From the human T2T-CHM13v2.0 reference genome, Homo sapiens: DNA of 64,000 nt. The translations under genes were made by a program, and so were the position numbers. Position 1 is the stretch's first letter; the number at the start of each line of letters is the position of its first letter. The notes beneath the pieces were generated by a model. That model ran no database searches, was not told the DNA's origin, and worked only from the letters and a program-made list of their open reading frames with translations. Of this stretch, positions 39,044-55,674 are shown piece after piece. The DNA lies in assembly GCF_009914755.1 (NCBI RefSeq), contig NC_060937.1. One strand, written 5' to 3'.

Positions 39044-40021
39044 CAATGACCAAAGGAAATCCTTTGTGGGACGCTTCCTACCATTCCACAGTTACCATTC
39101 AAAAAAAAAGAAAACGCTCATGGAATTGAGCCACCTCTCCTGGCAAGTGATTCACATTGAACTCAATGAGAGAATCACTTTGCATTTCCTGCTGAAGTTA
39201 TTTTGCAAGTGGTCATGGTCATCATTACTGAGCCAAGGGAAGGACAAGTTCATAGCCAGGGTGTCCACCTAAATGGATCTGACTCTTTGGTCATTTCCTG
39301 TGCTAGCTCCCCCCACAAACGGGACCTGTCACCCATGGGGACACTAAGGCTGAGACCAGAGTCTCAACCAGGCATTGCTATGAGACTCTGAACAAATTCA
39401 GGTCTAGTATTTTCCAACACCTCTCACCTTCCAACCACATACTTAACATCAAGAAGAGATTCTTGAAAATCAGTCTTCTGCACAAAAACTCTAACTCAGA
39501 GTCTTTCCTATGACTTTACCTGGGAAAAGCTACAATGTTTCACATCCACCACCCAAGACTCTCAATCAAATTTTTAAATGTAACTAATATACAGCAAAAC
39601 ACCTATCTATCTGTATATAAATAATGAACTCTCATGTTAGAATGTAAAATGCCTCAAGCATGGCTTCCTGGTCACCAAAAAATTCATGTTTGTAACAAAG
39701 AGTTGCTTGATGACCTGCAGTGGCTCCCCTCTTAGTTCTAACAACCACCAAGACACACACCCCATGCTGACACTCAACATGCCTTTCAAGAAAATGTACA
39801 GTATTTAGAATGGAACTCAAGACTATTTCGGCAAATCGTTTTGTTGAAATGTTGTACTGAGCTAGGTGGTCATAAATATACACGTTTTTCTATATAATCA
39901 TTGACTCAAAAACATTGTATAGAAAGGCATATACATTTTATGGAGTTTGGGCTTTAAAAAATCAAGAACCATTCTGTTGAGAAAATGTTCCCTGGAGAGA
40001 CATTGTGGAAAATCTATCATT

Positions 40022-40170
40022 TATTTGTTTATTGTGGTTATTATCTGTCTCCCATCACTCAACCATAAGCCCCTTAAGAGCAGGGATTTATTTCTGTTTT
40101 GCTGATAAGTCCCCAGTGCCTAGAAAGGATCTGCCTCACAGGAGGTGTGCAAGGTGTATCAGATGAGTAT
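40022..40170 (+). mobile_element. L2 3' end
   Basis: tctgtctccc...taagccccttaagagcaggga...tccccagtgcctagaa. Confidence 0.75.
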
Positions 40171-40249
40171 ATTAATATTTGTAACATTCAGGGAGGCTGC
40201 AGGGAGATGGATGGATTACTAAAATCCTCATCGTTTATGGAAGGACGCT

Positions 40250-40350
40250 TTGAAAAGAGCACTGGGCCAGGAGTCAGGAGGCCTGAGTTTTGAGTCCTGG
40301 ACTGGCCACTCTGTTACTTGCTGTGTGACCTGAGCTTCGTTTTCCTCTCA
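40250..40350 (+). mobile_element. MIR 5' fragment
   Basis: aaaagagcactgggccaggagtcaggaggcctgagtt...gctgtgtgacct. Confidence 0.7.
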
Positions 40351-41034
40351 GGTTCACCAGACTATCAGCAAATCCCCCAGCTCCATCCCAGAGTCTCTAT
40401 CTGATTCCAGTGGGGAAAAGCCCACTGAACTCTCTAATGGGAGGGGGAAAAAAGACAGCCACAGTCTCAACTGGAAGGAAGTAGAGAGCAGAAAGCAAAA
40501 GAGAAAGAAACATAGTATCTGGTTTAGAAAATGAGGAATCCTTTTCCTCCGCCGGGTGATCCCTTCTTATTACATCACACTAGAGACATGGTGGTGACGT
40601 TCAAAAACAAAGAAGAAATCTCAGAAGTAGCATATAGTGTTCCAGGAGCTCCATCCTGCCTGCAGAAAGCAGATTCCTGCCTGCAGAAAAAAAAGCAGAA
40701 AAAAAAAAAGGAGGCTGAGCTTCCCGCAAAGAGTCATGAAGCTGGGTTTCCCCTGAGGTGTCACCCAGTCCTGCTACGCTGTTTCCTGTAGGTGTGCTGC
40801 CAGCAGCTGGGCTCTGCCAGAGGCTCTCCATGCAGCAAATACAGCCTTGACATCCTGGAGATCAACAGGGAGCTGCACACTGCATCTGGGACTGGGAAAG
40901 AGACCTTAGCAGAGCGCAGACAATGAGCCCTCATCCTTTTCAAGATAGAGGCGGACACCTGGAGGAGGCTCCCAGCATCTCCACTGAATGGACAGGCTAC
41001 AGACAGGCAGCCATCCTTCTGACGTGGAACAACT

Positions 41035-41262
41035 GATAAGAAAGCTAGACGTAGATGCACGTTCACCAGGCACTGTGCTGACAGCTTTACGTACACCATT
41101 GCATTTCATTTTTAAAATAGCTTTACGAGGTAGATTTTATTGTTGCAGATGAAGAAACTGAGGCTCAGAGAGATTAAGTGGTGTGCTGAAGATCACACAG
41201 CCAGGATATGCAAGTGGCAGGACTCAGCCCCCACCGTCTGCTCCCAGAGCTCAGTCCCTTGC
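41035..41262 (-). mobile_element. MIR
   Basis: caggcactgtgct...gcagatgaagaaactgaggctcagagagattaagt...gatcacacagc. Confidence 0.88.
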
Positions 41263-41429
41263 CCCCGCACACATCTAAATGGGTTCTGGATTTGCCATAA
41301 TACAGGACACATCTTCCACTCGCTCTTCTCAGAAGCCACAGCAGACCTAAACAGAGGAAGCCACCCCTACCTCTGCCGAAATATTTTAGCCTTCTGTTGC
41401 CCTCAGTAAGATTCAAATATACTCTCATC

Positions 41430-42772
<1,343 letters not shown>

Positions 42773-44240
42773 ATGAGTGACAGCATCACTTAATCTGGTC
42801 TCAGGACCCTCTCAAGTCCAGTGAGCCCACAACTCCACGAATCAACAGCAACATGTGCTGGCTGTCAACCACAGCCCTGTTTCCTAGCAAGCCCTCTTTG
42901 TTTACTGCAGATGATACCTGCTCCCTAAGAACTGAAATTTAACCTTGTCTCCTGATCCCTATCCATAGCAACCACCGTGACTATCAACACATTCACCACT
43001 GGCTTGAGTCTACCTGCATTCTTTCCCTGAGCACATTATCCTACAGTGTTCTCTCATCACTACTGATGCTAATGACCGATGCTTGTCACCAGCTGTGCAC
43101 AGGTGTGGGCTGGTTCAATGCCCTGAACACTGTTGGTTTAGTAGGCTGCTGCAGGGCCCTTTTTTCAGTCCAGAGGGGGGTCTTCTTCTCTCTGGAAGTC
43201 CTGGCACACTGTACTCCTGGAGCCACACAAGCAGCCTCCAACTTCATGTGTGCTTATTTGCATATGCATGTGTGCCTCTTAAACCACAGCCCCAGCCAAA
43301 TCTAGCCACTTCCCATCCAGTGAAATCCTTCGAAGAATATGACAACAGTGAACCTGCTCCCTTCTGAGGGAGGAACTAGGAACTAAGAACAAGCCTGTTC
43401 CTAGCTCAGGTTTGCCCAAATGTGCCACATATGTGAAAAAACACAAGCTTTTCTACTTACCGTCCAGAAGTTTTCAGATATTGTCACATTTGTGGATAGA
43501 AAAATCTGGATGTCTGATTGACCCTGCCTTCACTTTGTGTCCTGTTGATTGCTGTTATATAAACCCTGATGAGCTGATCTTTCTTTTCTCAAATCTGCCA
43601 TTTCTTGACCTCCATTGCATAATCCCTGAATGTGCCTTCCAGGTGCTATTGTCATTCTGGAGCAAGTACGGCCAAGTCATCTCATGAGAGCTTTGTAAGG
43701 ATTATCTACAAGCAGTAGCTGTAGGACTTGGCACTCTGCCAGCCAGCAAGAACACTCCGGTGTCCCTCTCCATGCCAGCTGGGCCAGTGGCTCACACAGG
43801 TTCTGGGCAAGCTGTGTGTCCCCTCCCTCACCTCTGGTCTCTCCCCAGAAAAATCCCAATGATTAGTGCTTTTCACTGCAGAGGGATGTATTAATAGAAT
43901 CCAGAGCCATTTTTGTCTTAGAGAAAACCTCCTATAAATACAAAACAGTGCTGTGATATGACCCTATCATTCTCCAACCAACAAATTTTTCCTGAGCATC
44001 TGTGATTTACAAGTTCTTGCATAATAGGGTTCCAATTTACCATATCAAAGTAACTTCCTCAAAACTGTATCTTATTTACTTATCAATGTCAAATTTGTTT
44101 ATTTATTGATCAATCAATGAATTAATCAATTGAGAGATTTCATAAACATGTATTTTGCCTTTACTATATGACAGGTTTAGGGTTTATGATAAGGATCCCA
44201 AGAGAAACAAGACGATCTTTTCCTCAAATTGTTCACTATC

Positions 44241-44639
44241 TGTATTATTTTGCATGGGCTGCCATAATAAACACCACAGACTGGGTAGCTGAAACAATAG
44301 AAATTTATTTTCTCACCATTCTGGAGGCTGGAAGTCCAAGATCCAGATGACAGCAGGTTATTTTCTCTGGGGCATCTTGTTGGCTTGCAGATAACTGCCT
44401 TCTTGCTATGTCCTCCCATGGTCTTTTCTCTGTGCATACCTACCTACCCCTGGTACCTCTCCCTCTTCTTATAAGGACGCCAGTCCTTTTGGATTAGGGC
44501 CCCACCCTAAGGGCTTCATATGAACTTAATCACCACTTTGAAGACCTTATCTACAAATTCTGTAACATTTTGAGTTTCTGAAGATTGGGACTTCAACATA
44601 GGAATTTGAGGGTGGGGGAGCACCATTTAGACCATAATA
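44241..44639 (-). mobile_element. MLT1B-like solo LTR
   Basis: gggctgccataa...aatttattttctcac...ctggaggctggaagtccaagatc...tcttataaggac; TSD ctatc/ccatc. Confidence 0.9.
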
Positions 44640-45319
44640 CCATCTTCATTAGAGAAGCAGAGAAATTGAAAAGTAGTTACAAGTAAGTGTATTAAGGAGT
44701 ATGGTAAAGGAGATACAGGGTGATTCTCCAGCATTGAAGAGGACTCCTAACCCAGTCTGAATGAGAGTGGAGGTCAAGGAAGGCTTCCTGGAAGAGTAAG
44801 TACAGAGCATACTGAATAAATGTAGCACATACAGAGACCTGCAGTGAGGGACAGCACAGTCAAGGAAAGTAATTCAGTTTGATTAAAACAAAGAGTACAA
44901 GAGAATGGGAGCAAGATGGGAGACAGGAAAGGAAGGCAGGGCCAGTAGGAGAGCCACACAGAGGAGACTGGACTCTGCTATAGCAATGGCACATTAAATA
45001 AATAAACGCGTGCTGGGAATGGGGAGGGGTGGCCACACACCACATGGGGCTTTATGACAGATGATGGCTGTCACTGTTTGGGGATATATTACAGGCTGGG
45101 AAAGCAGTTAGGAGGCTGACAAAATTATCTATGCAAAAGGTGACGTATTAGCAGCAGGCAGAGAGGCTGGGGTGGCCTCTCAATGAAACTAAAGCCAGGG
45201 GAAAGGCAACACCTGACAAGGGGAATACAGAGTGAGTAGAACAGTGGCCAAGGAGGGAACTGTAGGAATATTAGCATTTAAAGAAGGCCTAGCAAACTGG
45301 ACTGTCAAAAGTAATTTTT

Positions 45320-45640
45320 TCTAATGCATAAAAACTTCAAAATCATAGAGAGAGAGGCTCTGTGCCACTCCATCTTTTAGGAACAAGACAGATGATGATT
45401 CTGCCATCATCAATATTTGAAATGCACAGCTTAGTTGTCCTGATATTTGCATGCAGTTTATGCACAGTTTATGGACAGAGGAAGTGAGCAAGTGAAGAAT
45501 GAATGTGGTTACCTGGAAGTGGTGTAAATCAATTACACCCACACCTAACTGCAAGGGAGGCTGGGAAATGTAGTCTAACTGTAGTCTAGCCATTAGATGA
45601 ACAGATAGCCAGGGTCTCCCCAATGAGTACAACTTTCCCT
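45320..45640 (-). mobile_element. Old MLT1 LTR fragment
   Basis: cacctaactgcaagggaggctgggaaatgtagtct. Confidence 0.6.
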
Positions 45641-46043
45641 GCCAGAAATAGGATGAAGGAAGACATTCCAGCCAGAAAGCATGACATAAGCAGGGGCAGA
45701 AATTTTCAGTATGTATTCAGGGACTGTAAGTAGTTGAAATGGTCTATGACATAGAATTCATGTAGGAGCATATTGGGAGCTACAAAGGGAGGCTGAATCT
45801 ACATTGAACAGAGCTTTAACTATCTCATAAGAGTGTTAAGTTTATTATAATCACCAGGGACCTTTGTTAAAAGGTTCGAAAATGATTTTCACTGAAAAAG
45901 ATCTTTCAAGTAGATAGAGGTAAAGATGTTCATGGAAGAGGAAAAAAGATGAGATAAATGAAGAAAATCTGGATAAGGATTGTCTCTGCTGTATTTTTGA
46001 AAGCCTTGATTTAAAAAATGTTTTTTAAAAAAAGTAAGGGCCC

Positions 46044-46367
<324 letters not shown>

Positions 46368-46923
46368 TCACTGGACATACTATGAGATAATAAAACCAGT
46401 AAGGAGGAAAAATGTTTTCATCTATTTATGCGTTAGCTTGTACTTTTATGTAAGAACAACTAGGCAATGTGTGATCACTTTGAAAGCTCTAGGACAATGA
46501 AACTTTTAGCCAAAGGTATTATTTTATGGGAATCTGTAATATTACCACAACAGGAATGGCTCCCCGCTCTGCTTAAAATCACAGGGGCTTGATTCACTTC
46601 TCCTTCTCCACGTGTGTCAGAATTGACTTTGCAAGCAATGCCAGAGGAGACTACTTCCATCAGTATTGAAAATCTATTCAGTAGATAAGCTGCCATTAGA
46701 AATGAATTGCCTGAAAGAGTCACAAAATTCTTCTGTAGCACCATGATTTGTTGTTTTTCGTCACCTCTACCTAGCTTTGTGATGCTGAGTCCAAATGGAA
46801 TCAACACCCACACCATATTTGCTCATAAATCTCTTTCGTTTCAAGGCCAAAGATGGGGTCACCTTTACATCTTCTTGCTAAGAAACACTCATACGGAATA
46901 CATTCCAGGTATCCCATTTTAGC

Positions 46924-46975
46924 AGATGTATGGCCCCCAAACAGTTAGGAGATGTATGGCCCCCAAACACTTAGG
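46924..46975. repeat. Tandem duplication, 2 x 26 bp
   Basis: agatgtatggcccccaaaca(g/c)ttagg twice. Confidence 0.95.
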
Positions 46976-47169
46976 AGGCTGGGGATTTGCCAAGCCTTTT
47001 TAACAACTGCCCTTTCATAAAGGGGTAGAGTTTTTCTGGGCTCATGCTCTTCAAGTCCTAGAGAGATATGCATACCATTCTTTGCAACCTAGCAAAATAT
47101 TTTTTGATCTTATGGAGACAGTTGATAAAATGGAAAAGATTTTAAAAATGTAGAACCACAATGATAAGA

Positions 47170-47335
47170 CAACCCTGAGCACCAGCTGTTACCAGTTGTT
47201 GACCTTGGACAAATTATGTAACTTCCATGAGCTTAACATGAAAATAATAATACCTATAACACCGGATCTTATATGAATAACATAATAGATATAAAGTGCT
47301 TAATAGTGCCTGGCACATAGTATGATATAAAATAT
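47170..47335 (+). mobile_element. MIR
   Basis: tgaccttggacaaatta...aataataatacct...taaagtgctta...gtgcctggcacatagta. Confidence 0.75.
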
Positions 47336-48055
47336 GTGTTCTTCACACAGGCTCCACTTCCCCGACATATACTGTGTTGAACTGCTGGCCTTGCCTGTGA
47401 TGGACAAAGCACTGAAATCCAAATGTCAGAACCTATCCTACTTCAGGTATAAAGGCCCTGCTGTGCTGCTTGTGTACAGCCTATTGTCCAGGTACAGTAC
47501 CTCCAGTGGGTCATATTCTCTGCACATTGTATACTACCACAGTCACCACAGTCGTTAACAATGATTGGTTCCCTTGAAATTTAACCTACACTGGCTGTTT
47601 TACCTTGATAGAGACATGCTACGGTTTACAAGGAATGTTAAGTACAGAGTACAAAGAAAAAATAATGCATTTTGAAGGGCCTCTGTGGAGAGGCGGCACA
47701 AGAAACTCTTGTTTGTGGAGCTACCTCCAATCTTTACTTTTCCAAAGATGGCAGCATCATTCCAGTTGGGCAATTCTTGTGGTTTTTTTTCCCCATTCTG
47801 AGGTCAGCTACAGTTTCTCCCATGTTTTCTTCTAGGTGTTTCATTGTTTCAGACCTTACATTCAGGTATCTGGTCTATTTTAAGTTAATTTTATATAACA
47901 TTATCTATTGGTTTCCATAGATGCTTTTTACCTGGTTGAGGAAGTTCCATTCTACTCTTAGTTTATCAAGAGCGTTTTTCAACATTGGGTTTGGATTGTA
48001 TCCTGTGCTTTTTTCCTATATCTATTGAGATGATAATGTGGTTTTGCCTTTTTAG

Positions 48056-48306
<251 letters not shown>

Positions 48307-48706
48307 GCCTTTTTAGTTTTTTAATATGGTGAATTAAATTGATTGATTTTTTTTAATGTTAAGCCAGCATTCTTGGGCCCTGATGTGTTATCCCTTTTAT
48401 ACATTGTTGGATTTAAACGTTTTGCATCTATCTGCATGAGTGATTTTGGTCTATAGTTTTCTTTTCTTGTGATGTCTTCTTGGGTTTGGTATCTGGATAA
48501 TGCTGGTCTCATTGAATGAGTTAGCATATATTTCTTTCACTTCAATATACTGGAAGAGAATTGTTACGTAGAATTGGTATTATTGCTTATTTAAATGTTT
48601 GGAAGAATTTCCAAGAAAGTTTTCCTTATAGGAAGATTTCTAAACTACAAATTTAATATGGCTATGCAGGTTATCTATTTCTTCTGGAGTGAGCTTTGGT
48701 AATTTC

Positions 48707-49029
<323 letters not shown>

Positions 49030-51669
49030 TGGTAATTTCTGCCTTTCAAGGAGTTTTCTCATTTCAATTAAGTTGTCAAATTTATTGGCATAAAGTTGTT
49101 TATATATTTCCTTGTTATTCTGTTAATATCTCCAGTGATGTCATCTTTCTCATTCTTGATATTGGTAATAAGTGTCTTCTTTCTTTTTTTCAAGACCAGT
49201 CTGTTTATAGGTTTATCAATTTATTGATTATCTCAAAAAACCAACTTTTGGTTTCATTGCTTTTTGCTGTCACTTTTTTGTTTTCTACTTCACTGATTTT
49301 CATTCTGATCTTTATTATTTTCTTTCTTTCACTTATGTTCTAATTTGTTGTCATACATTTTAATTTTATGCACGTAATAAAATCCACAATACATTGTTAT
49401 TTTTGTTTAAGATGCGAATTATCTTTTGAACAGATTTCAACAACAATAAGAAGAAAAATCTTATATCTTTGCCCTTGTAAATTTCTGGTGCTCTTTATTC
49501 CTCTGTGTAGAACCAGGCTTCCATTTGATATTATTTTCCTCTGCTTGAAAATCTTCTTTTAAAATTTTTTGTAATGTGGATATGCGGGCAATTAGTTGTT
49601 TCAACTCTTGTATGTATGAAAAGGTCTTTTCTTTGCCTTGATTTTTTAAAGAGATTTTTCTGGAGTATAGAATTCTAGGTGGACAGGTTTGTTTCTTCCT
49701 TTTAGTACTTTAAAGATATTGCTCCACTATCTTCTTATCTGAATAATTTCCAAGAAGATACCTTCTGCCATCCTTATCTTTGTCCTTGTGTATGTGATGT
49801 GTCTTTTTTCTCTGGCTGCTGTTAAGATGTGTTCTTTCTAATTAATTTTGAGCAACTATAGTCTAACTTGTAGTTTTTATTGCGTGTCTTGTTCTTTGGG
49901 TTCATTGAACTTTGGATCTGTGAGTTTATAGTTTTCATCAAATTTAGAAAACTTTTAGCCATTGTTCTACAGTACACTAGGGCTCTTTTTTTCAGTCTAT
50001 TTTCTCTCTGTGTTTCATTTTGGATAGTTTCTATATCTATGCCTCCAAGTTTCTCATATTTACTTTTGTAATGTGTAATCTACCATAAATTCTATCTGCT
50101 GTACTTGTCATCTCAGATATTGTAGCTTGCATCTCTAGAATTTTGATTTAGGGATTTTATATCTTTCGTGTCTCTAATTACCGTTTTCAATGTATTGAAT
50201 AAAATTATAATAACAGTTTTAATGTTCTTGTCTGCTAATTTTAGCATCTATATCAGTTCTGGATTATGTGTGTCAATTTCACACTTAATCTTAACAAAAA
50301 TAAGTGTGTTTTTAATTCTCATTTTGTATTTTACAGCTTCTTTTCATGCTTGGTAATTTTTATTGGATACCTGACATTGTGAATTTTATAATGTTGCTGG
50401 GTATTTTTGTATTTCTATAAATATTCTTATATGTTATTCTGATATACAGTTACAGTACTTGGAAGATTTATCTTTTGAGGTCTTGCTTGTAAGATTTGTT
50501 AGACAGGACCCAAGCAATGCTCAATCTGCAACTGATTATTTGTCTCAGTACTCTATCTAATGCCCCATGTGTCATGGATTTTCTTCTAGTCTGGCTGGTG
50601 TAAACAGTCATTACTCCTGGCCCTATGTGAACACTGGGCATTGTTTTCTCTAATCCTCTTCGATGGTTCTTTCCCTAGCTTCAGGTGCACTTCCTCATAT
50701 GCATATAACTTGTCCACACTCACCTGAATCCTCAAGCAGGACCCTCTGCAGATCTCTGGAGTTCTCTTTCTATGCAGCAATCTCGTCTCTTGTGCTCTGC
50801 CCTCTGAACTCTAGCTGCCATGGTCTGCCTGGAAACATTTCAGCAGTCTGTCTTCTCAACTCAGGAAACCCACCAGTCCCCTCCTGGGTTCTTCCTTCCT
50901 ATGTCACATCCTGAAAACTCTCTGAAGGCAGTAAACTGTGTAAATCAGAGGTGGAGCCACTTATCTACTTATCCATACAAGCTCATACATTTGTAACAGA
51001 AAAGACTACTTCCTCCATGCTGTTTGTGAAACGATATCCAAAAAGGAATAGATTCTCAACTAATTTTGCTGAACTGAAAGAAAATTGAGTACATCCTCCA
51101 AAGTAGAATAAATTAAGACCTCAGGGGATAATTTTCCTTGCTTATACTCCAAATCTCTTTCACATCCCTTTAATCTACCTGTTTATCAGGAGAATTCCAG
51201 AAGGTGGTCTGGTCCACATACATTTTATTTTGTTGTATTTATAATTAAAAGTTGGGTGTTTTTCCTTTCTCTTGAGAGTTAGAAACAGATGTTTTAACAT
51301 CCAGAGGAAGCCCTAATATGTAAGCCCTTAAACTGAGAACATTATAATATTGCTGGGAACAGATAAATGTAAAAACAAAATATTTCAGCTCCCAGAAGTC
51401 CAAATCTGTGAGGATGCAAGTAACAAGAGGAACAGGAAATAGCATTACTATCACCCATAGACATTTCCCAGGATGTTTCAGAAAACTGGCATGACTTGTA
51501 ACAACCAGTGATAATTAATTACTAAACACTACTGCTCACTGAAAAGTTGTAAGTTTTGGGGAAGAGAAATTTTCTTTCTCCAGCAAGTCTCCTTCTCTGA
51601 ATACGACAGTTATCAAACCCATCACACCCCAGCAAGCAAAGGAAAGGATGCTTTGTTATTTTTTTGTAA

Positions 51670-51991
<322 letters not shown>

Positions 51992-52197
51992 ACACATGTC
52001 CTCTTTAGAGCAGTGGTTGATCCATGGAGATGGCACTCTCCTTTGCTGCCTCATGGCACCACCATCAATTTCTCATAGAAAGATAAAACACTGGGGGCAG
52101 TGGCAATACTGTAGAATTTGAAGTCAGATGGCAGATATTCAAGTCCTGCTCAGCTGCTTATTCCATGTACAATGTTGAACAAAATTTCCTCAATTTT

Positions 52198-52557
52198 TGT
52201 TGGTTTTCTAGGGCTACCATTACAAAATACCACAGATGAGATGACTTAAACAACAGAAATTTATTTTCTCACAATCCTGGAGGCTGGATGTCCAAGATTC
52301 AGGTTCAGCAGGTTGGGTTTTTTCAGAGACCTTCCTCTTTGATTTGGAGGTGGCCACCTTCTCACTGTGTTTTCACACAGTCATCCTTTTCTCTATGGGT
52401 GTCTCTGTCCCGTGAAACTAGGGCCCACCCTAATAACCGTATGTTAACTTAATTACCTCCTCCAAGGTTCGATTTCCAAACACAGTCACATCCTGAGCCA
52501 CAGGGGATGAGAGTTTCAATATATGAATTTTGGGAACACACAAGTCAGCCCATAACA
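52198..52557 (-). mobile_element. MLT1B/C-like solo LTR inside a MIR relic
   Basis: ctagggctacc...acaacagaaatttattttctcaca...cagcccataaca. Confidence 0.88.
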
Positions 52558-52626
52558 ATTCTCAAAGCCACATTTTCGCCAGACAAAAGGACAAGGCAAC
52601 AACAGTTGTCTTGAAAGTTTATGTAT

Positions 52627-53510
<884 letters not shown>

Positions 53511-53661
53511 ACAAAAGGGCATGGTTATTTTTCATACAGAAAACATGGAAACAAGCTGCTAAACAGTAGGAAATGGTTAAAAAAAATCATGGTGTTTCCA
53601 TGCAATGTACTAGAAAATAAGAATATTATTCTCAAAGCATATTTAAGAATATGGGGAAATG

Positions 53662-53976
53662 GGCCAGGTACAGTGGCTCACGCCTGTAATCCCAGCGCTT
53701 TGGGAGGCTGAGGTGGGCAGATCACTTCAGGCCAGGAGTTCAAGACCAGCCTGGCCAACATAGCGAGACCCTAACTCTACTAAAAATACAAAAATTTAGC
53801 TGGGCATGGTGGTGCCTGCCTATAGTCTCAGCTACTCAGGAGGCTAATGCACAAGAATCTCTTGAACTCAGGAGGGAGAGGTTGCAGTGAGCCAAGATTG
53901 GGCCACTGTACTCCAGCCTGGTGACAGAGGAAGACTGTCTCAAAAAAAAAAAAAAGAAAAGAAAAGAAAAAGAAAA
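53662..53976 (+). mobile_element. AluS (Sz-like), within an L1ME relic at about 53540-54220
   Basis: TSD aagaatatggggaa at 53645-53658 and 53977-53990. Confidence 0.96.
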
Positions 53977-54482
53977 AAGAATATGGGGAAGTGATTAAAA
54001 TGTATTAAATGAAAAAAAACAAGTTACAAAACACTGGTACAGCTTGTGCCAATGTTGTTTTTAAAAAATTAAGTGCATATATTGTATCTTCATTAAAAGA
54101 AACCAAATGTTAATACTGGTTTTCTCTGAGAGATTGGATTATAGATTTTTTTTTTCTCTTCATAGATTTCAGTATTTGTTCCTTAAAATATTCTAAAATG
54201 ACCATTTACTGCACTTACAATTAATTAGGTAAAGGGCAATAAGTGTTAAATGATCCTGTCTTATTTCTCAGGTTACCCATGAGACTCAATAAGAAAATGC
54301 CCATGGAAGCCCTTTGGGAAAAAACCAAATGCTATTTGAATGTCAATTACTATTGCTATCATACCCAGTTCTACTGGACTGCTTTCCATCACTAGTTGAA
54401 TAGAAAGTTTGAGATGCAGAGGAGCCAAGCTAACCTGGCCACAGGGGTGGACAGGTGAGCGAAGAGGGTCCAGGCTCCACCT

Positions 54483-54639
54483 CAGTGCTTCTCAACCCCA
54501 GCTGCACTTCAGAACCATCCGGACAGCTTTAAAAATATAGATCAACTGGATGGGAATTTCTAGCTATGGGACCCAAGCATCAGCATTTCCCAAAAACTCC
54601 CCAGTGAATTCCCACATACAACCAGGTTGAGAACTCCTA
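54483..54639 (+). mobile_element. MER5-type hAT-Charlie MITE
   Basis: TIRs cagtgcttctcaacc and ggttgagaactcct. Confidence 0.8.
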
Positions 54640-54973
54640 TTCTGGTTGAAAGCAAGACTGTGCACTTTTAGGCACTATGTTGTCATTTGTTGAGAGTGAG
54701 GGGCAGGGATGAGGGTCTGGGATGGGTCAAGCCCTGAAAGAAAGCCTCAAGGGTCTGGATGTCCTCATGCAATCAGGCCAGTGCTGGGTGTTATAGCTTG
54801 ACATTTGACATTTTCCACTGGGCAGGGTTGGGAAAATTAAAGTCTAAGGACACTCAGAAACTGCGTCTGGTTCCCTTGGAGGAAACTTTCCTAGTCTATG
54901 TGGTATAGATAATAATGACAATGTACATTTCTAGAGCAGATTACAGCTATCAGTTCAGTTTCCTGGGCATTAC

Positions 54974-55596
54974 TGAAACCACCCCATAAGCTTTATAAGA
55001 TTAATCAGGGCAGAAGGGTGGGGGAGAAACAAAAATAAACCAAGTTTGCAGCACCCTTAACATGAATCATTAAGTCAACTTACTCTCTGACCTGCTTCCT
55101 AAAACTATGGTTGTTTGGTGCCTGTTGTCCTAGAATCATACAAGACCCTGTTACAAGATTACAGTTCCCCTTAACTCTTCTAAAGATAGCAACTTGAACA
55201 TCATGAAAGTTTTCCCTTTGAGACATTCTTTCAGGTCTTATGCACTGATGAAACTACTACGTCAGTGGGTCTGAAGAACCCCACAGACTCCACTGGTCCA
55301 AGCAACCCCAAGAGAAGCTAACTCACAGAAGAACAAAGTTTCCACATCCTGATGATTTCATCCCCCTTGACCCGAGCAATCAACAAACCCAATTTTCCAG
55401 CCCCTGCCCTCCATGAATCTTTAAAAACCCTAGCCCAGAACTCCTTGAGGAGATGGATTTGAGGTTCACCTCCTGTGTCCTCGCTCAGCAATCTATGATC
55501 ATTTCATTAAACTCTTTCTCTGCTGCATCTCTGCTGTCTCAGTGTGATAAGTCTGTTACTGTGCAGTGGGCATACGGACCTCTTGGTCCTATAACA
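54974..55596 (+). mobile_element. LTR26-like ERV1 solo LTR
   Basis: tgaaacc...tataaca; perfect 4-bp TSD ttac; attaaa poly(A) signal near 55507. Confidence 0.85.
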
Positions 55597-55674
55597 TTAC
55601 TTCTCCGGGGCCTTGTAATCCTTTTCTCTCTCTTTTTTTTTTAAACATTGGTGGATATTTGCACCAACATTAGA

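Larger units (their letters stand above)
44110..45950 (-). mobile_element. Fragmented L2 hosting two MaLR LTRs
   Basis: tcaatcaatgaatt tail; ggtcaaggaaggcttcctggaagag; ggaagacattccagccaga. Confidence 0.6.

Noticed and set aside
40791-40927. Possible coding exon after tttcctgtag (VCCQQLG...DILEINRELH...)
   Set aside because: No recognisable homology, no matching donor, and it ends in a stop.
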